In this document: positions 12,881-24,229 of the stretch, one piece after another | Numbering within the stretch: the stretch's first letter is position 1 | Layout: every line of letters starts with the position of its first letter | Origin: Dimorphilus gyrociliatus | Taxonomy: Eukaryota; Animalia; Annelida | Assembly (NCBI GenBank): GCA_904063045.1 | Contig: CAJFCJ010000007.1 | Span: 4,495,911-4,559,910 of the forward strand | DNA length: 64,000 bases | Direction of reading: 5' to 3' | The notes under the pieces: generated by a model | Seen by the model: the letters and a program-made list of their open reading frames with translations, nothing else | Told to the model about the DNA's origin: nothing | Database searches by the model: none | Translations under genes and position numbers: made by a program

Positions 12881-15800
12881 AATCATTCTATCTCTAATTG
12901 CTATATTACTGATATATACTCTTATTTAGTTTATGGTCTATGTAACTATCTTTTAACTGACAAAGTAATTATGGAAAATCTTAAAGCATGCAATAGCATT
13001 TTTTCAGGATTATTTTATATTTTGATGAAACTTAACATCTTTTTTCATAAAACGTTAGAGAAGATAACAAGAACAGAAAATCTCCGTTCGATGATAGGAC
13101 TAGGTGGAGTCCGAAAAATGAGTTTGAATCTGATAGAAAGACCTTATTAAGAAAGAGCCCCTTAGACGACAGAATTGATGATAGACGAAGCAGTGCGTTG
13201 ATTTTTACTCTTTCTTCTATCAGCTTAACTAAGCGTTTGTCCATTTTTAGATGGAAGAAGAAGTATAACACCAAAAGATGAAGTGGACTCACGAAAACCC
13301 TTACCTGCAAATCGCTTTGACAGAGGAAGAAAAAGTCCTTTTGGTGCTGAAAATGATAAAGATTTCGGTACGCTAGAATTAATGCAATTATATTTTGTTT
13401 ACAAAAATTCAAGATTAAAAAAAATTATATTATCATTAGATAATAGAAATAGGCGAACACCAAAAGATGAATTTGAGAGAGATAGACCCAAACCTTCATA
13501 TCGAAGCGACAGAGACAGAAAAAGTCCATATGACAAGAAGTCACTAGGTTTGAACAAAGTTCATAACAACCTTTCAGTGCTTCATTATATCTCTAATCTC
13601 TATTTAATAATTTTTTAGCTCAGGATAGTGAAGATGATGATCTAGACTGGGAAAATTATAGAAAGAAGCGACCCGATGATAAGAGATCCTATGATAGGGA
13701 TGATCGTAGAACGCCCAAAGATCATTTTGAAAAGCCTAAGGTACCAAGTCGCATGGATAAAAATAGAAAAAGCCCTCATGGATTAGACAGGGATAATGAT
13801 TATTATGGTAAGATAAGAAAAACCCATTCATTGAAATTTAATAAGTAATTTTTTCAGATAAGAAGAATCAATGGAACGGTCGTGATGACGATGATAACTA
13901 TTATGATCATGGAGGCAGAAACAAACGTGATTTAGACTCAAACGGTAGAGGTAGAAAAACTCATGAAGATTACAGACGAAAACATTCCTTCGGATACGAT
14001 AGCGATGAAGACAAAGACTTTAAGGGTGATAGACGATCGGGTGATGGGACTAGAGACTATAGAGATCGTAAGACACCAGACTTTTCAAGGAGGAAATCAC
14101 CAGTCGACGAAAGAGATCGTAAGACACCAGACTTTTCACGGAGGAAATCACCAGTCGACGAAAGAGATCGAAATAAATCAGACTTCTCAAGACGATCCCC
14201 TTATGATAAGAACGACCGTAAGACACCAGATTTTTCAAGGAGAAAGTCACCAGTAGATAGAAACGACCGTTACCAAGGTACCTATAAAAAACACTTTGCT
14301 TTATTTGTCTAAAACCCAAAATTTCACAAACAGATGAGAGAAGACGATCAATTACACCAAAAAATACGGAAACGTCAAAATATGGCAGGAGAACACCCAA
14401 AAACGATAGAGATGATGACAAAGACGAAACTAGATTCCCAAATGGTATAAATATTAAAAATATCCTATTTTGGCAAAACATAATTATTGCGTTTGCTTAA
14501 CGCAGAGAGACGGAAGTCTTCAGTATTTGATTTTATGGACGACGATAAAAAATCACCAAAACCAACAAGAAGAAAGAGTATCGAAACTACTGAAAAAAAA
14601 TTTCAACCAAGAGTACCAAAAAGGTTTGTTTATCTTCATAAAAGTTAGTTTTAGTATGATGTATGAACAACGATTAATTAGTCTTATTGAATTTAAATAT
14701 GCAATAAAATTATTCTAGTAATAAGGGTTAGGGTAAGACAACTATTCAATTGTTTATTCTACAGGAATAAGGAAAAGGACAATTTTGGCGATACCGACAA
14801 GGAAACTAGGGATAAGGTATTTATCAATTTGTTATTTAAAATATATCAATTACATTATTATTATCAAACAAGGTTTTATTTAAATAAAATTATAAAAGAA
14901 TCAATAAATCAATGTTAAAAAATTTCAATTCTACTCTATTTCAATCATGTTTCATAGCCAAGACCAGCTCAAAGGAATCCGCAAGCAGACGACAGTTCTA
15001 TTTGTCAAGACTTAGAGCATAGCCCTGTTCCTATTCGAAGAAAATCTCTTGAACAGTAATATAACAATTTATCTATTTATATGTTATAGTTGTTTTTAAA
15101 TTTTTATTTTAATGTCTACCTTTAGGCCTGCTCCTACTCGTACAGCTCATACTGCAAAATCTAAAATGAATAGTACCGCCATAGATTCCGTAGCAGATGC
15201 CCAATTTCAATTCCAACCTATAGATGCCGATGGCGACAAGACGTTTGTTTTAGAATTTAAAATAAATACGTATACTTAGCGAAAATTTATTTTCAAAAGG
15301 CAAGAGAATGTTGAAGATGACGAAAATGAGAAAAAGAAGAAGGTACGAAAGCATAAGCCAATCCCTCGTTATGGAAAAATTTCAGGTTTCATTTCTATAC
15401 TAAATCAATTGTTTAAAGTTAAATCTATATGTAAACGATTTCAGGGTCAAAAACTCTTCCATTAAACACTAATACTGTTGACCTCAGCAGTACTTCATCA
15501 ATTAGAGATGCTGTTTTTAATGAATGGAAGAAAACAAGAGGCAAGGAATATCCATTAAAATTGGCTCAAGAAAAAAAAGAAAGAGAGGAGAAAGAGTTAA
15601 AAGAAATGGAAGAATTAAAGGTTAAGCTATTTCTTTATCTCTTTTTTTCTTAAGTGATTGAACTTGTTGTTTCAATAATTTAGTCTAAAAGAGAAATGGG
15701 TGAAAAGGCGTATCAGCAATGGCTGTTAAACAAAAAGCGTTCAGCTCCAGTCGTTAAAAAGAGAAAAGAAAAGTCAGATGAAGAAAAAAGGCGAGATGAA

Positions 15801-16365
15801 ATGGAAGCAAAAGAAATGAAGCGAAAACAGATGGAAAAAGTTTTCGAGGAATGGAAAAAAGAAAAATTGTATCGTGAAAGAGAAGCTAAAAGAGTAGAAG
15901 AGGATAAGAGAAGAGATGAAGAGAGAAAACAAAGAAAAAAATCGGAAGAGAAGGAAGAGAAGAAAGAAAAATTTGATGTGGACCGATGGTAAGTTACAGT
16001 TGACTAAAAAGCCTAAAGACCTAATATATTTAAATAAGAGATTATTACTATTAGGAAAGAGAAAAAGAAAAGAGAAATAGAAAGAAAGAAGTACGAAGAG
16101 GAACGAAAACAAAGAGAGAAGGAGGAGGAAGAATATCGATTGAATAAGGAAAAAATTGAAAAATCCAATGAGGAGTATGAAGCATGGAGAAAACGCAAGG
16201 TTTAGTTTATTCAATAAATATTCAATATTAGTAAATTAAAAGCATTCCTCACTTTTTCTTGAATAGGAAACTGAGACTAGACGTAAAAGTGCTTCAAGAA
16301 TACAATTTTCTGAAGACAGAGCACCTTTTAGACCGGCATCTTCAACTATACCATTTGGAAGGTAA
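11441..16365 (+). CDS. MAP9: Microtubule-associated protein 9 (ASAP)-like, with an expanded low-complexity R/D/K/S/P middle
   Basis: C-terminal Trp-spaced coiled-coil repeats match MAP9 as I recall it: IRDAVFNEWKK (15501-15533), AYQQWLLNKK, VFEEWKKEK, NEEYEAWRKRK, and terminal APFRPASSTIP. Many short exons; one internal junction (~12815-13060) could not be phased with strong splice sites. Confidence 0.8.
12846..12880. repeat. (ATCT)n microsatellite, intronic
   Basis: Direct reading, about 9 units. Confidence 0.95.
14061..14261 (+). repeat. Coding tandem repeat, 51-nt unit (RDRKTPDFSRRKSPVDE) x4
   Basis: Units start at 14061, 14112, 14163 (48 nt, diverged) and 14211. Confidence 0.95.
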
Positions 16366-16713
16366 TAGAATTGAATATCAAAGAAGTTAAAATACGTTAT
16401 ATCTAACTCTTTTCCATAATTAAGAATGTCGTCGTTTAAAAATAATCATTAAGAGATTATTTAATTGTTTCTATATATAAAATCTCTATCTTTTTCAATT
16501 AGCAATTCTAAAACAATACTTTACTTATTTTTTATAATAACTAGATCTATTTTTTAATGTACTTTTAAAAAATAACAATAATTAACCAACTTAATTCTCG
16601 ATACCGTCCTTATTCAAGCAAATATACGTTTTGAATACTACTATTTATTTTATTTCTATTGTTAATGTCTTCTATTGGTGTCTACACTTTTTAATTATTT
16701 ATTATATTATTAT

Positions 16714-18244
16714 TTAATTCTAATAAATTTATAGAAAAAAGTAAATAATTTGATGTTTGATTGTATTAGAATAGTTAAAAACTTATTAAAGGTTTCTGTT
16801 GATCAACTGGCAATACATTTTCGTTCTCTTTCTACATGTTAAAAGACAGCAATAGTATTAAAGAAACATTTGACTGGCTTAATTATTACCTTAAATATGT
16901 CAACAAACACATACAAATACTTTCTACATTTTTATTGACTAATTATTAAAAGTGAACTCTGAATCTTCTCTTATGAGTATTGTGCCTCTTTTTTTCTAAA
17001 ATTGACAAATTGACAATCCTGCCTTTCGATAGCTTTTCTTATATACCTCGACACTTTCAAAGTGAATATTTTTCTACGAGTTTACCAATTCTTTCAAAAG
17101 GTAGATGTTACACGTTTCACAATTAATTAATGAATCAGGACTATTTGGATACAATGAACATAGTTCTGTTAAACTATTATAAATTACAGCAACACAGGAT
17201 GTGGCTATTTCACAAAAAAATGCACAATTAATAACTGATCGACTCTTCAACTTATCCAGAATTGTTGGTGACGTTGAATCGAACTTCCTTTTCACCAAAA
17301 CATATATTGGACTTTTCTCTATGAAATTCAACGTGATTAATTTGAATATTAAAATATCTATAGAAATTTACCAGGTAATTCTGCTGTTGTTGTTGATGGG
17401 ACGGCTGTTGTTGTTGGAGCGCTTGTCGTTTCTTTAATGACGAAACAGTAAATTAGTATAGTTAGAATATAATAAAACACAACCATAATACTCTGAGTTG
17501 TAGTTTCTTCGAAGAAAAGCTCCGACGGAGTTGTTGGTGCCATTATTGTTGTATCTTCAGTAGTTAGAAATTGTTTTTCCTCAAAATAAACATATTTTTA
17601 TAATAATTAACATCTTTTATATGTTTAAGTGCTATTATTACTTTTTGGCACATAACACCGTTCAAATCAGAGCGATTTTGTTCAACCCAAATTCCATTGG
17701 TTACTCCTCCTTGAGATAGTTTCATTGCAAATGCTTCATCTACCTTGGGTACGTTGCCAGCAAAAAACCAATATAGCAATTTTGTTCCATCGTCGTAACG
17801 ATTGCGTAATATATAGCCATCGTTTGTTTTATTCTCTGAAATGTTTAAGTGTTCTATTTATAGAAGAAGAAAGCAGAGCAAACTTACCAAAGTCTCTAAC
17901 TCCCAACCAGTAACCACTTTTGATATTTGGATTTTGTATCCCTTGTAATAAAGATTGCACGTCGGTATTTTCTATCGCCGACTTTATTCTAACCATTGTA
18001 AGTCCTTTTGCAGAACAAAACGACCTGAAAGTTAATGTACTTGTTAAAATCATTACATCTATCTTCATATTAAACTTACAAAGTATCTTCCCACGTTTTA
18101 CTTATAGATTGATTTATATAGTAGCAAAAATTTCCAAGAGGTCCTTCCCCCCAGCCAGTGGCAGTTGGACATTGGCAATCAATTTGAGGATAGAGATGAC
18201 GAATTAGAAGATAAACCAAGATAAAATTTTTCATCATAATTAAC
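16714..18244 (+). repeat. 1531-bp direct segmental duplication, copy 2
   Basis: Near-identical to 7860-9390. Confidence 0.97.
17074..18237 (-). CDS. Secreted C-type lectin + Thr-rich linker + PAN/Apple protein, copy 2
   Basis: Same exon structure as copy 1; signal peptide has Leu6 (MMKNFILVY) instead of Ser6. Confidence 0.87.
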
Positions 18245-19417
18245 CGAGTTCCTTGTGAAGACTGAAAGAACGATATTGAGATTCGGCCATTTGTTAATTT
18301 GATAGCATAAGAAGGTTACTTGTGTTTGCGTTTCAGGCTAAGTAATAAAAAGTTATTTTGAGGAATACAGTAACCGTAGGATATTGATCGAAACGTTTTT
18401 GTTTTAAAAGGAAAGGGATCAATTGAAACGATTCAGTTTTTTTTGTCTTAAAAGAACGTTTTAATAGAAATAAAAGTAAATTAAGTAAGCGTTAATTATT
18501 ATAATTGAAACATTTTAAACGAGTTTTATCTGACATTCTTGTAATAATAGAGGATAGAATCTGTTCAACGAACCGGAAGAAATAATTGTATGAAAATCAT
18601 CATCATTTTTTCATTCAAACTATTCAAGATCAATTCGAATTTTATAGAATTTTTATGCAATTTGCGTCTATGTTCAAATTAATTATCTATTTATCTATTT
18701 TGATTTAACAATTTGTAATGTGAAGTTGGTTTGGTACGAAGATAATTTTAGTACTGTTTTACATGAATGAATTTTTTTTATATGTAATAGATGACGACCT
18801 TCGTTCTTACCTGGAAAAGCCGATTCGCTCTAAGAGTGATTAAGAGCAGTCTTGGTGAATCTATTAATGAATTAACTAAGTCTTTTGTATTGTAATTTTT
18901 GTATCAATTTTTTTGTCGTGTTAATGTAGCATTTCATAAGTTTAATGAACTTAAAATTGAAGAACAAAGGGAAAAGTCTTGTATAAAACAATAAAGAATC
19001 AATATAAAATTACTTTAAATTAAGATGTTGTCATAAGTGTAAAACTTAATAGCCTAACAATTGTATTAAATTACATAAAAATACTTTTATTCATTAATGT
19101 CTTCTAAGAGTAATTAATTGATAAAAGTTCTTTTCCTAGTAAGTCTCTATTGAAAGTTGAGCTTGAAAGATTTCAAGGTTTTTTAACCTTTCAACAAGTA
19201 ACTCTCATTAAAGAAAATATAACAATTACTGCTTAAAATATAAATAAAATGTTACATTTAACAGAATCATATTTACCATTCAGTGTATGCCGGCTAAATT
19301 CTCATTTATAAGTAGAATGACGTTAATTTTATTCAAAGGATTTACTTTTATTCGACCAATAGGAATGTTCATAGGCCTTTCTGTTCTTGATACTGGGTAG
19401 CAGACGACGAGGTTAAC

Positions 19418-20458
19418 ATGTCGAAGCGAAATATATTAAAAATTACTTTACCTAAAAATAATTTCCCTGTGTCAAATGAATTGAAAAATAAAGAACTAAG
19501 GAAGAGATTAATTGAATTAAATGATCCGCTGATATTAGTAATAGGATGGGCAGGTGGTATAGACAAGTACGTTTCCAAGTATAGCGATATTTGGGAAGAA
19601 AAGAACTGCATCACAGCTAGATATTGTGTATCGGCAGCTGATGGGTTTTCTTCTAAAGATACTGGAACTCTTGCCGCAGCAAACATAGTTGAAGAGTTAC
19701 AAGAACGTTTGGGAGTTGAAAAGCGCCCTGTTCTCATACATTCTTTTAGGTACTTTTCTTATATAAGAATCCTGAGGTCATAAACTGGGTTTCTAAACTA
19801 TCCGACGCCCTTTTTAAAATTTAATTAATATCGTTCAATTAAATAAAAATCAATTTAATAAGATAGTTATATTGTTAAATACTTCATCCATAGCTTGATA
19901 TTAATTAACTTATCTAATAATGAATTTAAATTTTTCAACAGTAATGGCGGAGGATCCATCTACAGACGTTTAGTACAAAATGATAATTACAAGGAATTGA
20001 AAATTATAGGAAGTATTATTGACTCTGCACCTGGTAAAAGGAGATTACTGGGTGGAATAAATGCCGTTAACTCAACTTTAATTGCAATGAACGCACCTTT
20101 ATTATACAGATATGCAAAAGTTGCTGTTTTTATCTTAAGAAGTGTTTTAAAAGCTATTTGGCAAACTTTTTGGGGTAAAGTCGACCATGTTTACAAAGGT
20201 TTAATACATATTCCTGTAAGATGGCCGGAAGGATACATATACAGCGAGAAAGATGATGTCATATACGCTGATGATGTTAGGGAATTTATTGATAACAGAA
20301 AAAGAAAGGCGGGTGGTAGCTTCGATATTGAAACATTACAGTTAAAAGATTCGGATCATGTACAACATTTACGAAAATATCCGATATTGTATAAAGAATT
20401 TTGCTTTAATTTCTTTGATAAAGCCTTTACGATTTATAATCAAAATGCTAAATTATAA
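19418..20458 (+). CDS. TMEM53: TMEM53/DUF829 alpha/beta-hydrolase-fold protein (2 exons, intron 19750-19941)
   Basis: Motifs LVIGWAGG..KYVSKYS, HSFSNGG (across the junction), IIDSAPG, YIYSEKDDVI, SDHVQHLRKYP. Confidence 0.9.
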
Positions 20459-20893
20459 ATATTCTATTAGTAGTAATTAGATCCTTACCTTTCCTTTACA
20501 ATTGAACTTATTTATTGTAAGTTATGTAATTCGATAAATAAATACAGAAATGTGAGAATTTTTCACCAGATGGAGCTATCGTATAGATTTAAAATAGATG
20601 GCAGCACATTAGGAAAGCCGGCAAAAATTAAATGAAAACGAACACCACAATGGTAAAATAGTCTGAGAGCATCTAGAACGACGCTTGAAAAAAGTACTTT
20701 TCGAAAAAAAGAGCTGATTAGATAAGAAAATTTTATGATTATCTGATAAAAATTTGTGAAAGTTAAACAGTATTTGGATTAAGAACGAAGATATACAACT
20801 ACTTTATTTAGATTATCTTACAAGAGGAATACGAATATATTAATATATATTTATAGAAACAAGATATTATACCTGGATGACAAAAAGAACAAA

Positions 20894-22800
20894 ATGAAAA
20901 TTCTATTAGTATATTTATTAATAATTGGTTTACAAGAGATATTTTGTAAGGTGAGTAATTATTACATTAGCAGTAGAATTCATAGAAGAGAAGTTACCTA
21001 TATGTTTGTTATTAATATATAGAAAGGTCTTTGTGAAAGACACACAAATTATTAATAAAAAACATCATGTAAGAAAATTTCTTAAGTAAATATACTTTTC
21101 ATTTGTAGCCCATTCATGGGCAGGAAACTGTTTTTAGCTTATACAACTCCTTCAGTACTCTTCTCTCTCTCTCTCTCTCCCTTCGTCTTATCTTTAATGT
21201 TTGAATATTATATTATAAATACACTATGTATATTGGAAAATATAAGGGAGTGGGAGTAGAGTCTTTGAACGTATGAGATTATAAAAGAAATTTATGTGTA
21301 TTATCAACCGTAGTGCATAGAATTTTTAAAGAAGAATAGAGAAAAAAAAACGGCTCTCTTTTATCCATCCGTTCAAGCTTTTTCTCCTCTTTTATATCTT
21401 TCCCACAAAACTGTTTTATTTGTTGTAAACAATTTTATGTTTGTTCAATGTAAACTTCGACCAACGTCCTCTTTAACCACGAGAGTATTAAGGCAAGAAA
21501 AAGTGAGTTTTCTCTTTCTTATATGTAAATGGCATCTGGCAACTTCTTTTTCTTCTACGGTTCATTAATATTCAAGAGTTTTTTAGAGGGATTTTTCTTT
21601 ATGTCTCGCAACCAATCAAAATGCATTATGGCCCCCCACCTCCGTTTCCTTCCCTTTTTAAGCGTAACCTTTATCGTTTATTTCCACTAACGCCTATTAA
21701 CACCTGGCACTAAAAGAGAGGAGAGAGGTTGAGAGAGTAAAGAGGGCAGACCGTAGGTGGATAGGAGGCGGGTGCAAAAGATAACAAGATAAATTTCATT
21801 TAGATGCAATTTCTTACCTATATATATTAGTTAGTGGGCTAAAACGATTCCTTTTATAAGTTAACCTATTGGACTAAGCTAAATTTCGAATAGTTTTCAA
21901 TAGTAGGAGCTATTCCTATCAGATTTTCGGATTGAATAGACTTTGACATTTCAATTTTTCCGACCATCTCAACCATTAATAGATGTTTTTGTGCGTGAAA
22001 AATTACATACTGACCGTAAGAAATCTCCTTTCTAAGCTCTCTTTCTTCTATTACTAATATCAAGCGTTCGGAAAAATTTTCTTGTTTCCACCTCAGCTTT
22101 AGCTGATCTTACGTAAGACGTTTGTTCAAGAATTTGAACAAATACCTTTTACCTATAGTTCGAGTGTTAATTATCTACAACATATTACGTAACACTTGAT
22201 AATCGATTTCGAATAAGTGGTTAAAATTTTTTCTCATTGAATGTTTATATTATTTATTTAACTAGGTCGAACTACCAAAGTTTAAACAATTAAAACTTCT
22301 TTATCCTGGATACGACCGATTCGGAGGCAATTACAATAACTCTAAAATTAAGAAAACAATAGGTAATCAAGCACCTAAACTGAGAATACACAATACGGCG
22401 TCATTGAGGTTATCTTATACACTTAACCGCTACTCTGGACGACATACAATCGAAAATCCGCCGAGCTATATAGTGGGAAAGAACAGAAAGCGTTATATCT
22501 ACAAAGTAACTGAATTTTCAAAATATCTCTCTGAGAAATATGGAGATCCATTAGTTATTAAGGATGCAAATAAAATAAAAGATCAACAGGGTATATTAAT
22601 AGTTTTCTCAACTGGAAGAAGAAATTACATTGGACTATGGGATTGTGGAAAAGTATTTCAATCAAGAAATATATTTAGAAGGAAGCGTAATATAAGAAAA
22701 ATTGAATTTTGGTCAAGTCCGGGTAAGCTATATTTCTATATTTTATTACTAACTGTTATATCTGAATATATATAGTATAGAATTATACAACGACAGTTAA
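20894..22800 (+). CDS. Secreted Tae4-family (T6SS amidase effector) homologue, dae4-like, catalytic Cys and His substituted
   Basis: Exons 20894-20950 (signal peptide MKILLVYLLIIGLQEIFCK), 22266-22722 and 22781-22800; 177 aa. Colinear Tae4 motifs: LPKF; HNTASLRLSYTLN (cf. NACPIRMSYVLN); VGKNRKRYIYKV..F..YL...YG.P; QQGILI; NYIGLWD (cf. GHVTLWN); IEFWS. Confidence 0.85.
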
Positions 22801-23483
22801 CATACTTAATTATTCCATTTTCTTTAAAAACTCAACTTTTTAACCTTTGTTTACAAACATACGAGTACGATTTACTATCATCTGAAATTCTATAGTATAT
22901 TTTAATAATAGTAATAAATAAGCTATTGTATTCTATTATTAAATCCTTTTCGTCATTTTGTTTATTTATTCGATACAATATTAATATATATATATATATA
23001 TATATTGTATAATATACACAATTTGTTAAACATATTATTTTTCTATTTATAGATTCGTTCTGCTTCAAAACAAACAAATCATCAGTCTTTAAAAGGATTC
23101 CCCTTAAATTTGGTAAAGGGAAGAAGGCTTAGATTTCTCATTACTTGTTTTCCCCCTACCACTACTACAGTTCCTCCCATCTACACAACGCTATAGTCTC
23201 GCTTCTAAAACTTGCAAAAATGTTCTCCTTATTTCTTCTTTGTTCTTATGTTTTACAGTTGGCTGTCTAGTCATAAACTTATTATACTGTATTAAATGAA
23301 AATAAGAATAAAATAAGTATCTAGTATTATTAGATGTTATGATAGTAGCGTATATCTTATTTGTTGCTTTCTCTTGCACCAGAGGTCACTGCTGTGACTG
23401 TATTATACCTACATAAGTGAACAAGCAATATTTTAAATTTCTAAAAAAATAAATGAATAATACACTCCTAGCCTGAGTGAGCT

Positions 23484-23494
23484 AAGATGGCGCC
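23484..23494 (+). promoter_or_regulatory. YY1-like motif AAGATGGCGCC upstream of the Rubicon-like gene
   Basis: Exact AAGATGGCG consensus in an otherwise AT-rich intergenic region; the same 9-mer is at 41452-41460 upstream of SLC22. Confidence 0.35.
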
Positions 23495-24229
23495 ACTTTA
23501 GTTATAGTAGATTTTAGATGTTCAATTTCTCGGAACGAACTTCAGCAAAAGTTTTCAATGTACCTTGCTATATTGGAATTTATCAATTATTACATAAAAT
23601 ATGTAACATGTGTAGTGTGAATAGAAGAAGTGAAGAAGAAAAAGGTTTATTATAGGGATAGAGTTGAAACATACGAAGAAAATAAATCAAAGAGAGAAAC
23701 TGTCCTAGTAGTCATTAAAAGCTAATTACTAATACAGATAGACGAATCTTAAAGTTATATAAAATTCTTTTGAAATTAACATACGACTAGCTGCGGAATA
23801 TATCAGTAGATATAAAGAAAATAAACCTAATTAGCATATTATCCCTTTAATTCTAAGGGAAGAATTTTCGTTTATTATAAGACTCTATTAATTATCGTAA
23901 TTATAGTTTATCTTGGGTTGATATATAATAAAGACTACATTCAATTTAGAATTGTGGAGTACTACGAATGGGGTTTATCTTATTTCTATCTAATTGAATA
24001 ACTAAATAATTAACTGTAATAGTAATAAGATGAAGGGAGGCTCTATTTTTGGCATTTTATATTTTACCTCTTAGGAGCTATTCTAGCAAATACTTAGAAA
24101 ACTTACAAAAGCTTCTCGTGTGGAATTTTATTTATTCGTAAAGAGAAGAACTGATAGGCTCAAACTTGTAATTTTTTTATACATATAAAGAAGGGGAAGT
24201 ATTCATACCTTTATTTATAAGAGAATTTC

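Noticed and set aside
14722-14737. TAAGGGTTAGGGTAAG telomere-like stretch
   Set aside because: Only one exact TTAGGG; expected by chance.
15774-16214. Phe/Leu-rich minus-strand ORFs
   Set aside because: Antisense of the Glu/Lys-rich MAP9 coiled-coil exons.
18806-18814. CTTACCTGG resembling the U1 snRNA 5' end
   Set aside because: No downstream U1 sequence or Sm site; it is simply the complement of a splice donor, probably a 5' UTR exon of lectin copy 2.
22032-23285. Possible antisense gene across the Tae4-like gene (YNKFMTRQPTV...FLQ joined to VFVQILEQ...RRKRA*)
   Set aside because: Weak donor (GTTTTA), no clear start or homology; cannot be separated from chance open frames.
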